A stretch of 64,000 nt of DNA from Mobula hypostoma (Eukaryota). The stretch spans positions 20,338,001-20,402,000 of the forward strand of contig NC_086118.1 in assembly GCF_963921235.1 (NCBI RefSeq), in the 5' to 3' direction. The notes under the pieces were generated by a model. That model saw only the letters and a program-made list of their open reading frames with translations. It ran no database searches and was not told the origin of the DNA. The position numbers and the translations under genes were made by a program. Shown here one piece after another: positions 1 to 11,134 of the stretch (its first letter is position 1; each line of letters starts with the position of its first letter).

Positions 1-1311
1 ATCGCAACTCTAACTCACCGACTACGTGTGGTTATTTTAGCGCTGTGTGTAGCACACCGCTACAGGGTCCCCAACTCAGCAGTGAACCAGATAACCTGGC
101 GAAGTGGGGGTCATGAGTAGAGAGCCTGTGACCACGCAAGATGAGAGGAGAGTTGAAGAGTCAATAACAAGGAATTGACTGCTCACATCAGGCCGTGAGT
201 ACACTCTGACAATGCCAGACCCCAAGGGTTGTCCGTCCATGGCCGTGGTTCAGAAGGCGCGCGAGTTACGTTCAAGCTGCACACGCGGAGTCTGGTCCAG
301 AAAATTGCTGCACCAAAACCTCCTGCGTACACAGAGCTGTCAGAGTGTGGAGGAGGACAGAGAGAGTGAGTCTGTCTATTTTGCTGAAACAAGGGGCTGG
401 AGGGAGGTTACCATATAGAAGGCATCTCATCTCTACCTGGTAGTGCTGTTTTCCTGGACGCAGTTGGCATTTGATGTGTGGGTGATTGGCTGCACCGCAG
501 TAAGCGCACAAGCTGTCTTTACACTGTGCTCACGCTCTTGGGGGTTTAAGGGAACGCACCCTAATTGAGTAGGTTCTAGAGGCATTGCTGACAAGGATCC
601 TGCAGCCTGAAATAGTTCTGGGATTGGAAATGTGGTTCTGGCTGGTGATCTGATGGGTCGTGCCATAACTTGGAGGGCCCGTGATGAGGTTTTCAAGGCC
701 AGTGTGCGTCTCCCCAGTAGACAACTCATCTTTCAAGTGCTCCAAGAGGATATGATGCTAATGGCCAGCAGCATTTAAGTATTCCAGCCACACTCCACCA
801 CGAGGGACCTGAATTCCATGCTGTAATCCAGCAAAGCATTTGAGCCTTGATGCAGGCGAGGGATCTGATCTGCTGCCTCCTTTCCAATTCCCAAGTGGTT
901 GAAAACCCAGCGCATTGTAATCCTCATAACTGTTGCAAATGGTGGTTCTATTGTCCCATTTAGCGGCAGCCAAGTTCAGATCTCATCCAGTCAAGGGAGA
1001 GCTGAGGAAGACAGTCTTGGCTCAATCCATAGAATACAGAGATGGCTGGAGCTCGAAGTGTGATACGTACTGGGACAGGAAGTTGCAGCACTGGGTTGGG
1101 AAACTGTTGAATCTTTCGGGCACAGAATCCAGGGCATAGAGTGAGGAAGTTGACTGGTCTGGGGTTGCTATATCAAGACAGAGAGTTGGAAAAGAATAGC
1201 ATACAAATAGTTAATAGTTTCCTGCTGCTTCTGGATCATGGTTCTCATATCGACGGATGACTTCCTTTAAGCAAGCATACTCTGCTGGGCCAATTGATCA
1301 TTCACTCATCC
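1..1311 (-). mobile_element. Degenerate Ty3/Gypsy (sushi-like, PEG10/RTL1-type gag) internal region: gag and start of protease, running off the window start
   Basis: Minus-strand translation gives PERFNSFPTQCCNFLSQYVSHFELQPSLYS..AKTVFLSSPLTG..AAAKWD (capsid-like) and a CX2CX4HX4C knuckle CAYCGAANHPHIKC (ORF 272-511). Many stops and frameshifts. Confidence 0.8.
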
Positions 1312-1626
1312 TGGCAGGAAATATAGAGGAGGCTTGACCCAAATGTAAAGCAGTGGAAACTATTTAGTGATAATAATAAACTGCAAAATAACAAGCCACG
1401 AGGGCCCTCAAAATAAGAGAGAACAGATACTTAACACAACAAGGCAGCAGGGTACCTGAAGGCTGGGAGCAACTGGTTGAAGCTGGCTGGTTTGTATATG
1501 TGAACAAGGATTGTGGATAAAAGTTGGGTTTAAATAGGCTGCAGGTGATGAGTTGGAAATGAGTGGTAGGTGATTCCTGTTAGCTGGGTGGAGACTGGGA
1601 GGTGTCTGCCTGTGCATGGTCTGACA
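1312..1626 (-). mobile_element. 5' LTR of the sushi-like Gypsy element
   Basis: Starts TGTCAG on the minus strand, lies directly upstream of gag, and is homologous to the solo LTR at 18578-18901. Confidence 0.75.
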
Positions 1627-2572
1627 CCCCATTGAGGTATTTTTGTTTAATATGTTCCAGTATTTCGTTTCAAACCTTTCCGCAATATATCATCTTTTTT
1701 CATAGATAAGGTACTCCTTAAGACCAATCCCATGCCCTAATCCCTTCTACTTTATCCTTTCCTGGATTTATGACAACCTGTGCTTGATTATGACCTCAGG
1801 AATTATTTTGGAATGCATTACAGTATGTTAATTGAAGAGTGTAGAAGAAACTTGTTATTAGAATGTACAAGGTGAGTCATTTGCTTAAGTCTTTACTAGC
1901 ACAATCAGATATACCACTCAAATATGTTTCATTATCTATCAGGCATTAAATACCAAATCCTCACTTTGTCATGTTAATTTACAAAGAGACCCTCAATTAT
2001 AATTTCTCCATCAATAGAACCTGGCACTATTTTGCCCAGGCTCATTTCATATCATTTCATTGATGTTGCTTTAATTGTGGTGAAAACATTCCTTTAATTT
2101 TTATATTAAAGTTCTTGCAAGTGAATACTTAATAGATTTTGTAATACCCTGGTTAAGATTTCTACTGCTATGCTGTGAGGTAGTTTATGTTAGCAGTTTT
2201 CTGTAAAAATAGTGTACCATACTGGAAAGTGTGTTTTGGCTTCAGCTAAGATAAGAAGCCATGTTGTCCAATTCAGGAATGTGTGTCAGCCGATCAAGAT
2301 TGTGGGATGTGAGAGAAAGGTCTGGAGATCTGTGGGGAGGAGTTTTATGAAGGACAGCAGTCTGGTTTGGGTATTTTGGCGGGAGCTGTGGAGCGGGGCA
2401 TAAGAGAAGATGTTGCAGAATGCCATTGGAAGCAGAGTCCCTGTTGCAAGAGGTGCTTTGTGCAGGTGAATGATTCCAAGGAGGAAAGGCCAATACTCCT
2501 AAGAGACTAGCAACACACATCAAAGTTGCTGGTGAACGCAGCAGGCCAGGCAGCATCTGTAGGAAGAGGTGC

Positions 2573-2608
2573 AGTCGACGTTTCAGGCCGAGACCCTTCG
2601 TCAGGACT
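2573..2608 (-). ncRNA. Minimal type I hammerhead ribozyme motif in the PLE left arm
   Basis: Reverse complement reads AGTC-CTGACGA-AGG(GTCTCGG)CCT-GAAA-CGTC-GACT: conserved core, stem I AGTC/GACT, stem II AGG/CCT, GUC cleavage triplet. Confidence 0.8.
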
Positions 2609-3543
2609 AACTGAAGGAAGAGCTAGTAAGGGATTTGAAAGTTGGAGGGGGAGGGGGAGATCCAAAATGATAGGAGAAGACAGGAGGGGGAGGGATGGAG
2701 CCAAGAGCTGGGCAGGTGATAGGCAAAAGGGATACGAGAGGATCATGGGACAGGAGGTCCGGGAATAAAGACAAGGAGGGTGGGGGGGGGGACCCAGAGG
2801 ATGGGCGAGGTATATTCAGAGGGATAGAGGGAGAAAAAGGAGAGTGAGAGAAAGAATGTGTGCATAAAAATAAGTAACAGATGGGGTACGAGGGGGAGGT
2901 GGGGCCTTAGCGGAAGTTAGAGAAGTCGATGTTCATGCCATCAGGTTGGAGGCTACCCAGACGGAATATAAGGTGTTGTTCCTCCAACCTGAGTGTGGCT
3001 TCATCTTTACAGTAGAGGAGGCCGTGGGTAGACATGTCAGAATGGGAATGGGACATGAAATTAAAACATGTGGAATTAAAATGTTTTAATTCCATGTCCC
3101 ATTCCCATTCTGACATGTCTATCCACGGCCTCCTCTACTGTAAAGATGAAGCCACACTCAGGTTGGAGGAACAACACCTTATATTCCGTCTGAGTAGCCT
3201 CCATCCTGATGGCATGAACATCGACTTCTCTAACTTCCGTTAAGGCCCCACCTCCCCCTCGTACCCCATCTGTTACTTATTTTTATGCACACATTCTTTC
3301 TCTCACTCTCCTTTTTCTCCCTCTATCCCTCTGAATATACTTCTTGCCCATCCTCTGGGTCCCCCCCCCCACCCTCCTTGTCTTTCTTCCCGGACCTCCT
3401 GTCCCATGATCCTCTAGTATCCCTTTTGCCTATCACCTGCCCAGCTCTTGGCTCCATCCCTCCCCCTCCTGTCTTCTCCTATCATTTTGGATCTCCCCCT
3501 CCCCCTCCAACTTTCAAATCCCTTACTCACTCTTCCTTCAGTT

Positions 3544-3579
3544 AGTCCTGACGAAGGGTCTCAGCCTGAAACGTCGACT
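3544..3579 (+). ncRNA. Minimal type I hammerhead ribozyme motif in the PLE right arm
   Basis: AGTC-CTGACGA-AGG(GTCTCAG)CCT-GAAA-CGTC-GACT. Confidence 0.8.
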
Positions 3580-5399
3580 GCACCTCTTCCTACAGATGCT
3601 GCCTGGCCTGCTGCGTTCACCAGCAACTTTGATGTGTGTTGCTTGAATTTCCAGCATCTGCAGAATTCCTGTTGTTTGCTCCTGAGAGACTGTTCATTCA
3701 AGATGGTCTTCGAGGGGAATTGAGAATGTGGCGAGTGTTTTCATGCAGACCGTTGGTCCAGTGTGTGAGTAAAGAGAAACATCACTAACTACTCCAGTAT
3801 GAACTCCAATGGTCATGTGCACATTGGACTGTAATGGGCCCTTTATTTATTTTTCTGTAACTGTTCGTAAAAGTTGAAAATTTGGTAAATATACTTTCTT
3901 TATAATTTTATGCTGGTGTATGATTTGTCATTTCTGGGGTACCCATAACTACGTATGGGCAATATTTACATAGTATTCGCTCAAATTGAGCTTCCCTTAA
4001 TCAGAACATCATGACATTCTTTTTTGGTTGAACCCCAAATCATACCGACCCTGGATGTATATTGTTTATGAAAGGTGGTTTTCTCCCCGCTGAGTCATGT
4101 GGCTGTTAACAGAGTTAGCTAACGAGCCAAGTCTGTATACGAGCCCCGGTTTCAGGGTTACAAGCTTTTCCTTTGTTTTTTCCTTCAGAGATGAAGTTAT
4201 TAAGGAAAGCCATATTTCCTACTTATAAAGAAGAAAGTAGGTTAACAGGACGGGCCTCAATTAAACATTGAACAGGCATTCTGTGGGAATATACTGTGCC
4301 ACATTGAATGATTTAAGTGCCCTTGAAAGACGGCTGTGATTTTCTGACACTGGTGTGTGTTAAGAAAGACCTGATTTGTTTGATCAATAATGCCTGTTGG
4401 ATGAAAGACAGCGGAGCTTTGCTTAATGTAAAAAGTTTCTTGCGGTGCTTTTCTGGACTTCTGATAAGATCTGATCTCTTTATTCTCACTGATTTCCACT
4501 GTCAGCACAGTCTAATGTATCTCAGAAGAATAATCCAGCGAATGAATTCCTAGCCTGTTTTGAAGATCAAAGGTTCCCTGTCTTTGGCAGTTCAAAGCCA
4601 GTCCTTGATAACCAGTTCCGGACACGTTTGCTGAGGTAACGGTGCTGCTGGATGGAAAATCATCTGTCAGCTTTGCTTAGTTATATTCCAAATTATGAGG
4701 AGTATGAATTGCTGAATGTGTCATCCTTTCACAACAGATTTCTGTCAACATCATTTAACCATTAATTTGCTGTGCAGCTAATATATTATATCTGAGCAGT
4801 GATTCCAGCAATCACTAACACTCTTTTCAAAAGGAATCACACTTATGGCTGGACAGGGCAAAGCTACTGGCCTGCTCTGTCATAAAATTTGACTGTAATT
4901 GATTTGTACATTGTTTCAATTCTTCCAAGGCCAGCATCTTATGTCCTGTATAGCGTAGTTATAGCAAAAAGGCAGTGCCAGAATTGTTGGATTTTTTTCT
5001 ACCAGAATATCATTAAACTTGGAAGAATTTCTGTGGGGCATATACTATATTTTGATAGGAATTTTCCAGTATCAAAAGGGGGCTTTATTATGAAGTTGCT
5101 TAAACTCAACCCTACTGCCTCTAAAATACTTCATGTTCCGGGAATCCATAGGGAACCAATCCAAAATGTAACTGGATGTATCAGCACGTCGACCAACTCT
5201 CGGAGGTCAGCAAAAGATGAATCAGTGCATCAAAACACCAAAGAACTGTAAATACATTTGCTTGCCACCTATTGAAAGTTGGAAAGTAAGAAGTGCAGTT
5301 GCTGCTGTACGCATTCTCAGAGAACGCTCCTGTCTAACACTTCAGATCAATGACATTCTACCAAAACTGGAAAACCACTAGAAAATAGGGAGCTTTTCA

Positions 5400-6210
5400 A
5401 TTGCCAGAAGTTTTATGACATGGGGAGGGGTCGGGTATGGGGATGGCAGAGGAAGTGGTTGGTGGTGGTTGAAGTGAGCAAAGAAAGTATACGTTATTAG
5501 CTCAACACTGAGAAAGAATAGTGCCTAATAGTTAAATGCCGTATCCTTATGGAGACCTATTCACCATGTACTATTACGGATAATTGTCTCCTGCTGACTA
5601 TCCCCAGCATTTCCTAATTGTATTTCAAACTTGCAGCTTTTGTTGATCTTTTTTTCTGCTGGTCAGCTGGTGGGAGGCAGCCTTGGGGAGGGGTTATGGT
5701 TGGTGCTATAGTTTGCTAACCTTCCCTGGTGGGGTATCATCAACCTGGAGTACCAAATCTTTTTTTCTCTCCGTGAATGCTCCTTGGACTGTTGCATTTT
5801 CTGTTCTCGTGTGTTTGTAGACATGTTGAGCTTCTGCAACATTCTGGTTATTTCAGATTTCCAGCAACTACTGTGATCTGAATCTCATAGTTCATTCATG
5901 ACTTTTGTTTTATTTCTCTCTTCTCTGTTCTCCTTCGGCTTACACTTCATCCAGCATCAACGAGGCAGCCTTCATCAGCCTCTATCAGTCAATATCAATC
6001 TATTCCATCCCTTTTCTCTTGGTCTCCACCTTTCACACACATTCCCATGACTCTCCTCATCCCTTCCTCTTCCCTACAATTTAAAGTATACGTAGTTTAT
6101 AAATTTTCCCAGTGGTCAAAGACCCTCATCCTGAAATTTTAATTAATTTTCTCTCTCCACACATGCTGCCAGACTTGCTGAGTATTTCCAATATTTTCTA
6201 GTTTATTGGA
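5400..6210. repeat. Old degraded PLE pLTR-derived fragments
   Basis: Recurring degenerate motifs (tgctgcc..acttgctgagtatttcca, ttcagatttccagca) shared with the younger PLE ends. Confidence 0.45.
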
Positions 6211-6294
6211 ACAAGCAGACCCATCTGTTTAAATGAGAACCAGGTCCCAAAATGGTTTTGTCTTTAAATCCCGGCATGCATTCACTGGTTGATA

Positions 6295-7122
6295 TAGAAC
6301 TATGTAAGACTGTAGAAAGTTTTTTTACAGCTACCTCACATTGCAGGCCCTTCGGCCCATAATGTTGTGCCAACCATGTAACCTACTCTAGAAACTGCCC
6401 AGAATTCCCCCACTGCATAGCCCTCTATTTTTCTAAGCTCCATGTACCTATCTAAGAGTCTCTTAAAAGACCCTATTGTACCCACCTCTACCACCATCAC
6501 TGGCAGTGCATTCCATGCACCCACCAATTTCTGTATGAAAAACTTACCTTTGACATCCCCCTTGTACCTTCTTCCAAGTACCTTAAAACTATGCCTCCTC
6601 ATGTTAGCTATTTCAGCCGTGGGAAAAAGCCTCTGCTTATCTACACGATCAATGCCTCTCATCATCTTATACACCTCTATCAGCTTGCCTCACATCCTCT
6701 ATCGCTCCAAGGAGAAAAGGCCAAGTTCACGCAACCTATTCTCATAAGTCACACTCTCCAATCCAGGCAACATCCTTGTAAATCTCCTCTGCACTCTCTC
6801 TATAGTATCCACCTCCTTCCTATAGTGAGGTGACCAGAAATGAGCACAGTACTCCAAGTGGGGTCGAACTCAGGTCTTATATAACTTTAACATTACCTCA
6901 TGGCTCTTGAACTCTATCCCACAGCTGATGAAGGCCATCACATCATACACCTTCCTAACAACACTGTCAACCTGTGCAGAAGCTTTGAGTGTCCTATGGA
7001 CCGAACTCCCCCCCCCCCCAAACAAGGTCTCACTGATCCTCCACATTGCCAAGAGTCTTACCATTAATATTTTATTCTGTCTTCAAATTAGACCTCCCGA
7101 AATGAACAACTTCACATTTCAC
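6295..7122 (-). mobile_element. CR1 LINE 3' fragment
   Basis: ORF2 C-terminus MYKMMRGIDRVDKQRLFP..FFIQKLVGAWNALP and MLKLYKT, followed by the 3' UTR. Confidence 0.85.
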
Positions 7123-7134
7123 ACTCCACACTAG

Positions 7135-8429
7135 GAAATTCTCCCCCATAATGCTGACCACAGTTTACTTACCACCAGTGGCCTACTACAATCAAGCACT
7201 TGAGATACTTGTTTCTAAATGAGAAACACACCAATGCAATTCAAATCATAGTCGGGGACTTCAACCATCAGCATATAACCTGTAGCACCAGAGGTCCCAA
7301 CACACTAGACCACTATTATACTAAGATAATAAATACCTACCGTTCCATGCCCAGATTGCATTTTGGTATATCTGATCACTTGGCTGCCCCTCTCTACCTG
7401 GAACAGGCAGAGGCTAAAGAACAAAGCTCTAGAGGTTTAGACAACAAAGGGGTGGTCATGGGAGACAGAGGAGCAGCTATAGGATTTGATTCAAGTTGGT
7501 GGATTGGGCTATGTTCAAGAAGTTATCTGTAGATCTGAATAAATACAACATGGTTGTCAAGGACATTACTAAAACTGTTGTAGGTGAGTGGGTCCTCACA
7601 AAATCATTCAGAGCTTTCCCCAACTAGAAGCCCTGGATGAACTATGAGATCCACAATCTACTGAGGGCCAGATCAGAGGCATTCAAGTCTGGTGACCAAG
7701 GAAGTTACAAGAGGTTGAGGTACAATCTCTGGAAAGCCACTTCATGAGTGAAGTGGCTATTTGGACTAAACTTGAGTCAACGAATGATGCTCAAAAGTTG
7801 GGGCTTCAATGCTGTCACCACTTATAAGGTAAAATCAACTGACATAGGTGACAACAAGACTTCACTTCCAGATGTGTGCAATGCCTTCTATGCTCATTTT
7901 GACCATCAAAACCTGGAGGAATCATCACAAACACCCACAGCCCCTGGTGATCCTGTGATTTCAGTCTCTGAGGCTGACGTATGAACAGACTTCATAAGGG
8001 TGAACCCACGAAAAGCATCCGGCCCAGATGGGGTAACTAAACAGAGTATTAAGGACCTGTGCTGATCAGCTGGCTGGAGTGCTGACTGAGATCTTTAACC
8101 TCTCACTTCGACACTCTGAGGTACTCACCTGCTTCAAGCAGTATTCACTTATACCAGTGCCTAATGAGAATGTGGTAACCTCCCTCAACAACTATTGTCC
8201 AGTAGCACTTACATCCACAGTGATGAATTGTTTTGAGAGGTTGATGATGAAACATGTCAAGTCCTGGCTGAGAGTTGACTTGGATCCACTCTAAGTTGCT
8301 TCCTGGCGCAAAAGGTCCACTGCAGATGCCATCTCATTGATTCTTCACTCAACCCAGGAACATCTGGACAGCAAAGGTGCATGTATCAGGATGCTCTCTA
8401 TCAACTACAGCTCAGCATTCAATACAATC
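7135..8429 (+). mobile_element. Rex1/Babar LINE, 5' part (endonuclease to RT), split by the Gypsy insertion
   Basis: GDFNH, TRGPNTLDH, GISDH endonuclease motifs, then KASGPDG, YCPVALTSTVMNCFERL and YSSAFNTI. Continues at 11135. Confidence 0.85.
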
Positions 8430-8659
8430 TGGTATGTTTTCCAACTTCAAGACATTAAACTAATTGGAAGAAAGACAAGAGAGCCAGGAATGCAAGTCCA
8501 ACTCGTTCTTTACTTCAAGCGAACCATGCACTTATCACATGTTAGTGCCATGATATATGAAATTCAAGTATTTTTACATATAACACATAATTATTTAAAT
8601 GAACAAAAATGCTTAATCAAACATTATATTTATAATATTATTGAAATATTAAAGACAAA
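8430..8659 (-). repeat. 3' LTR of the Gypsy element
   Basis: Diverged direct repeat of 10893-11134, adjacent to the polypurine tract. Confidence 0.8.
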
Positions 8660-8989
8660 ACTCCTCCCTGCTTAGCTATAAACTCCAACTCAATGGAGTA
8701 TGCATCTCAGCTACATACGCAGTATACTATATAATACAACTACGATATACAGACATCCACAGCATAGTGAAATGTAAATTGTCAGATTCAGGACTAAAGA
8801 GTTCATCGTTGTAGAGGATTTCTCACTCTTGTGGAATAATGTCCTTCCTGACAAGAGGGATCACTCAGCTTGGCAGGTGAGAGCTGTGGCTGTGAAAACA
8901 ATCTCAGGTTCTGGGGCCTCCTCCATGGTAGTTGTAGGAATTGACTCTATAACTGCAGGAAGTGTTTCTGACAGCTCCGGACACCTTTA

Positions 8990-9528
8990 TTCTCCTTCCT
9001 TTTTCTTCTTCTAGTTCATGCATTTTGACCTTGGGAAGGTGCATTTAGTTCACTGGAGTATTCTCTTATTGATCCTTCTAATGCTTCCTTTATGATCTGA
9101 TCTCTACTTTTGATTTCCTCAACCTCAATATCCTCAGACGAATCCTCTGTTTCCATATCTCTATTGACTCCTTTCTTTTTGGCCTTCCATTCATCCAGTT
9201 AGGATTTGGTCTTTGCATCTACTTTTACAAGCAGCATTTTCTCTCCCACTTGAAGTTTATGCAATAAATATAGAGAGTGTTCTTCATACTCACAAAAGCC
9301 AAATGCGTGCAATTTTCTTACAGCTCCTTGAACTTTCTCCCAGCTTAAAACCAAGCCACATTTCACAAGTAATTGACTGTTTAACATATCAGAACCTTTC
9401 TCAAATATGCTGCCTGCAAAAACTGTTGTAGTCGGATCACTGCTTTCATCACTTTCAAAATTCCTCTGAACCATGAATATTGGTCCAATATGCGTTCGAA
9501 CCAGAGGCACAGAGGATGGCACCAACTC
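8990..9528 (-). pseudogene. RBM25: Processed (intronless) RBM25 fragment: RRM and flanks
   Basis: LVPSSVPLVRTHIG..DPTTTVFAGSIFEKGSDMLNSQLLVKCGLVLSWEKVQGAVRKLHAFGFCEYEE..LLHKLQVGEKMLLVKVDAKTKS*LDEWKAKKK..RDQIIKEALEGSIREYSSELNAPSQ matches the vertebrate RBM25 N-terminus as I recall it. In-frame stops and deletions present. Confidence 0.93.
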
Positions 9529-10892
9529 CTGCTTGCCTTCTGTTCAGCAATGGTACATAATGTGCAACATGGAGATAATTGTGGCATCATCCAGTACCTT
9601 TCTTAATTCACTTTCAGTTGGCTCTATTACAGGAGATGTGGCATGCAAATCGTGGCTAGATCTCCAATCAAGTTGCGGTTGTCCCAGCTAATCGTGTCCC
9701 CGCAATGCTGGCCCTTCTGTTTTTACGACATACAAACTCAATATGGCTTGTTGGTTGTTGTATTCCACTGTTATGAATGTCATTCCCTCAGGAGTTATCT
9801 TTTCTCCAGTGCACGTTCTTAGCTGGGTATCTGCAGGCTCCAGTTCAGTATCTTTGAAATGCCACTCAAACTCATTTTGTGGAATGACCGAAACAGCCAA
9901 GCCAATTAATTAATTAATCTGCTGTTCACCTCTGGTGTAAGATATATTGCTTGTCCATTGTTCGTTTTCACAATATAAATATCAAATCTATGCAGTCCTG
10001 TGTCACACATTATTAATTTTTCATCAACGGCATACAGATTAGTGCTCTTTTTGAAACTGCAACTTGACTTTTTATATTTTTCCCTTCCCTGTGCAGTCCA
10101 TTTATTTTTGTCTGCCCAACATGCTCTTTTTGTATGTGCCCTACTTTGTTGAATTTTCTTTATGTTTCACCCTTAAACTTGCAGTGATGTGATGTATATG
10201 ACACCCTGCAACAACAGTAACACAATTTGTTTGGCCAGGCTGGTTTCTGCTTAGACATTGCAAGATTGTAAGATACCACAAATGAAATGATCTCTCAGTG
10301 CATCATTAAGCTCATCATTGAACTAACAATGCACAGACAATCTCTTCAATTTGGCCATATACACTGAGAAGGACTCCCTTCCTTTTGATTCTGCTTAGGA
10401 GACCTAGATCATTCTGCAATCAACAATGGTTTGGGTTCTAAGTGTTCCTGAGTTACTTTCACAATATCAGCAAAGCTCATTTCTGCTGGTTTGGTTAGAG
10501 TAATTAAACTTCAAAGGAACTGTATGCTTTTAAACCCAATGCACTCAGCAAAATCGGTATTTGTTTCTCATTGGCTATTTTATTTGCTTCAAAATGCTAT
10601 TTAATTAGCTCAGTATACATGAGCAAGTTACCCACTGAGCAATCAGACACGTTCATCTTTCCAGCTATTTCTGCTCTTTTTATTTATGATTATTATCACC
10701 TAGTATTCACTGTTCATGAACCTGTGATTTTTTCCATTTACTGCTCTTTTTTAATTGAATATCTCTGCATGTGCTGTGCTGTTATTTTTTCACTTGCCAT
10801 GCCACACTGCACTTTTTTTAACTCCAACTTTTTGCGCACTTCAGCAAGTTGTTAGCTGTCTCGTGTTCACTTTAAAAATACCTTGTTGCCAC

Positions 10893-11134
10893 TGTTATGT
10901 TTTATAACTCCTTGACATTAAACTAATTCAAAAGAAAACAAGAGAGCTGAGAGATACAAGACTTAATTTTGTTCTTTACTGTACTTTAATTGAGAGGCAC
11001 CATTATCATGTTGCAACATCATGACGTACGCAATTCATGTACTTTTACAAATACCCCGTAATGAATTATTTAAATAAACAAGAATGTTTAATCAAACAAC
11101 GTATTTACAGTATTACTGAAATATTAAATGCACA
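10893..11134 (-). repeat. 5' LTR of the Gypsy element
   Basis: TGTTATG...GCACA termini, followed on the minus strand by the PBS and gag. Confidence 0.8.

Larger units (their letters stand above)
2509..3678. mobile_element. Penelope-like element (PLE) 3' end as an inverted pLTR palindrome
   Basis: Arms ~2509-3069 and ~3081-3643 are near-perfect reverse complements with an 11-nt spacer and a ~35-nt one-sided tail. Both arms encode the GIY-YIG C-terminus HFNSxSHSHSDMS..RLEEQHLIFRLGSLQPDGMNIDF. TSD CTCCTAAGAGACT/CTCCTGAGAGACT at 2496-2508 and 3679-3691. Confidence 0.9.
2140..4162. mobile_element. Probable solo LTR interrupted by a Penelope-like insertion
   Basis: Inverted termini TGTAATACCCTG...CAGGGTTACA. 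The sequence rejoins across the 13-bp TSD of the insertion. No clear TSD of its own. Confidence 0.5.
8430..11134 (-). mobile_element. Ty3/Gypsy LTR retrotransposon, internally deleted, carrying an RBM25 cDNA fragment
   Basis: Direct LTRs at ~8430-8659 and 10893-11134. PBS TGGCAACAAGG (10881-10891, minus) and PPT AGCAGGGAGGAG next to the left LTR. gag (HFEANKIANEKQIPILLSALG..HLEPKPLLIAE..ALRDHFICG), protease (AVSVIPQNEF..LRTCTGEKI) and integrase tail (STRVRNPLQR). Degenerate 5-bp TSD CAATC/TCATC. Confidence 0.88.

Noticed and set aside
2509..3678. Assembly fold-back artefact or DNA-transposon MITE
   Set aside because: The arms differ at several positions, there is a 13-bp TSD and an asymmetric tail, and the GIY-YIG coding remnant identifies a PLE.
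9199..9525. Functional RBM25 gene
   Set aside because: Fragment only, with in-frame stops, deletions in the RRM, no introns and a position inside an LTR element.
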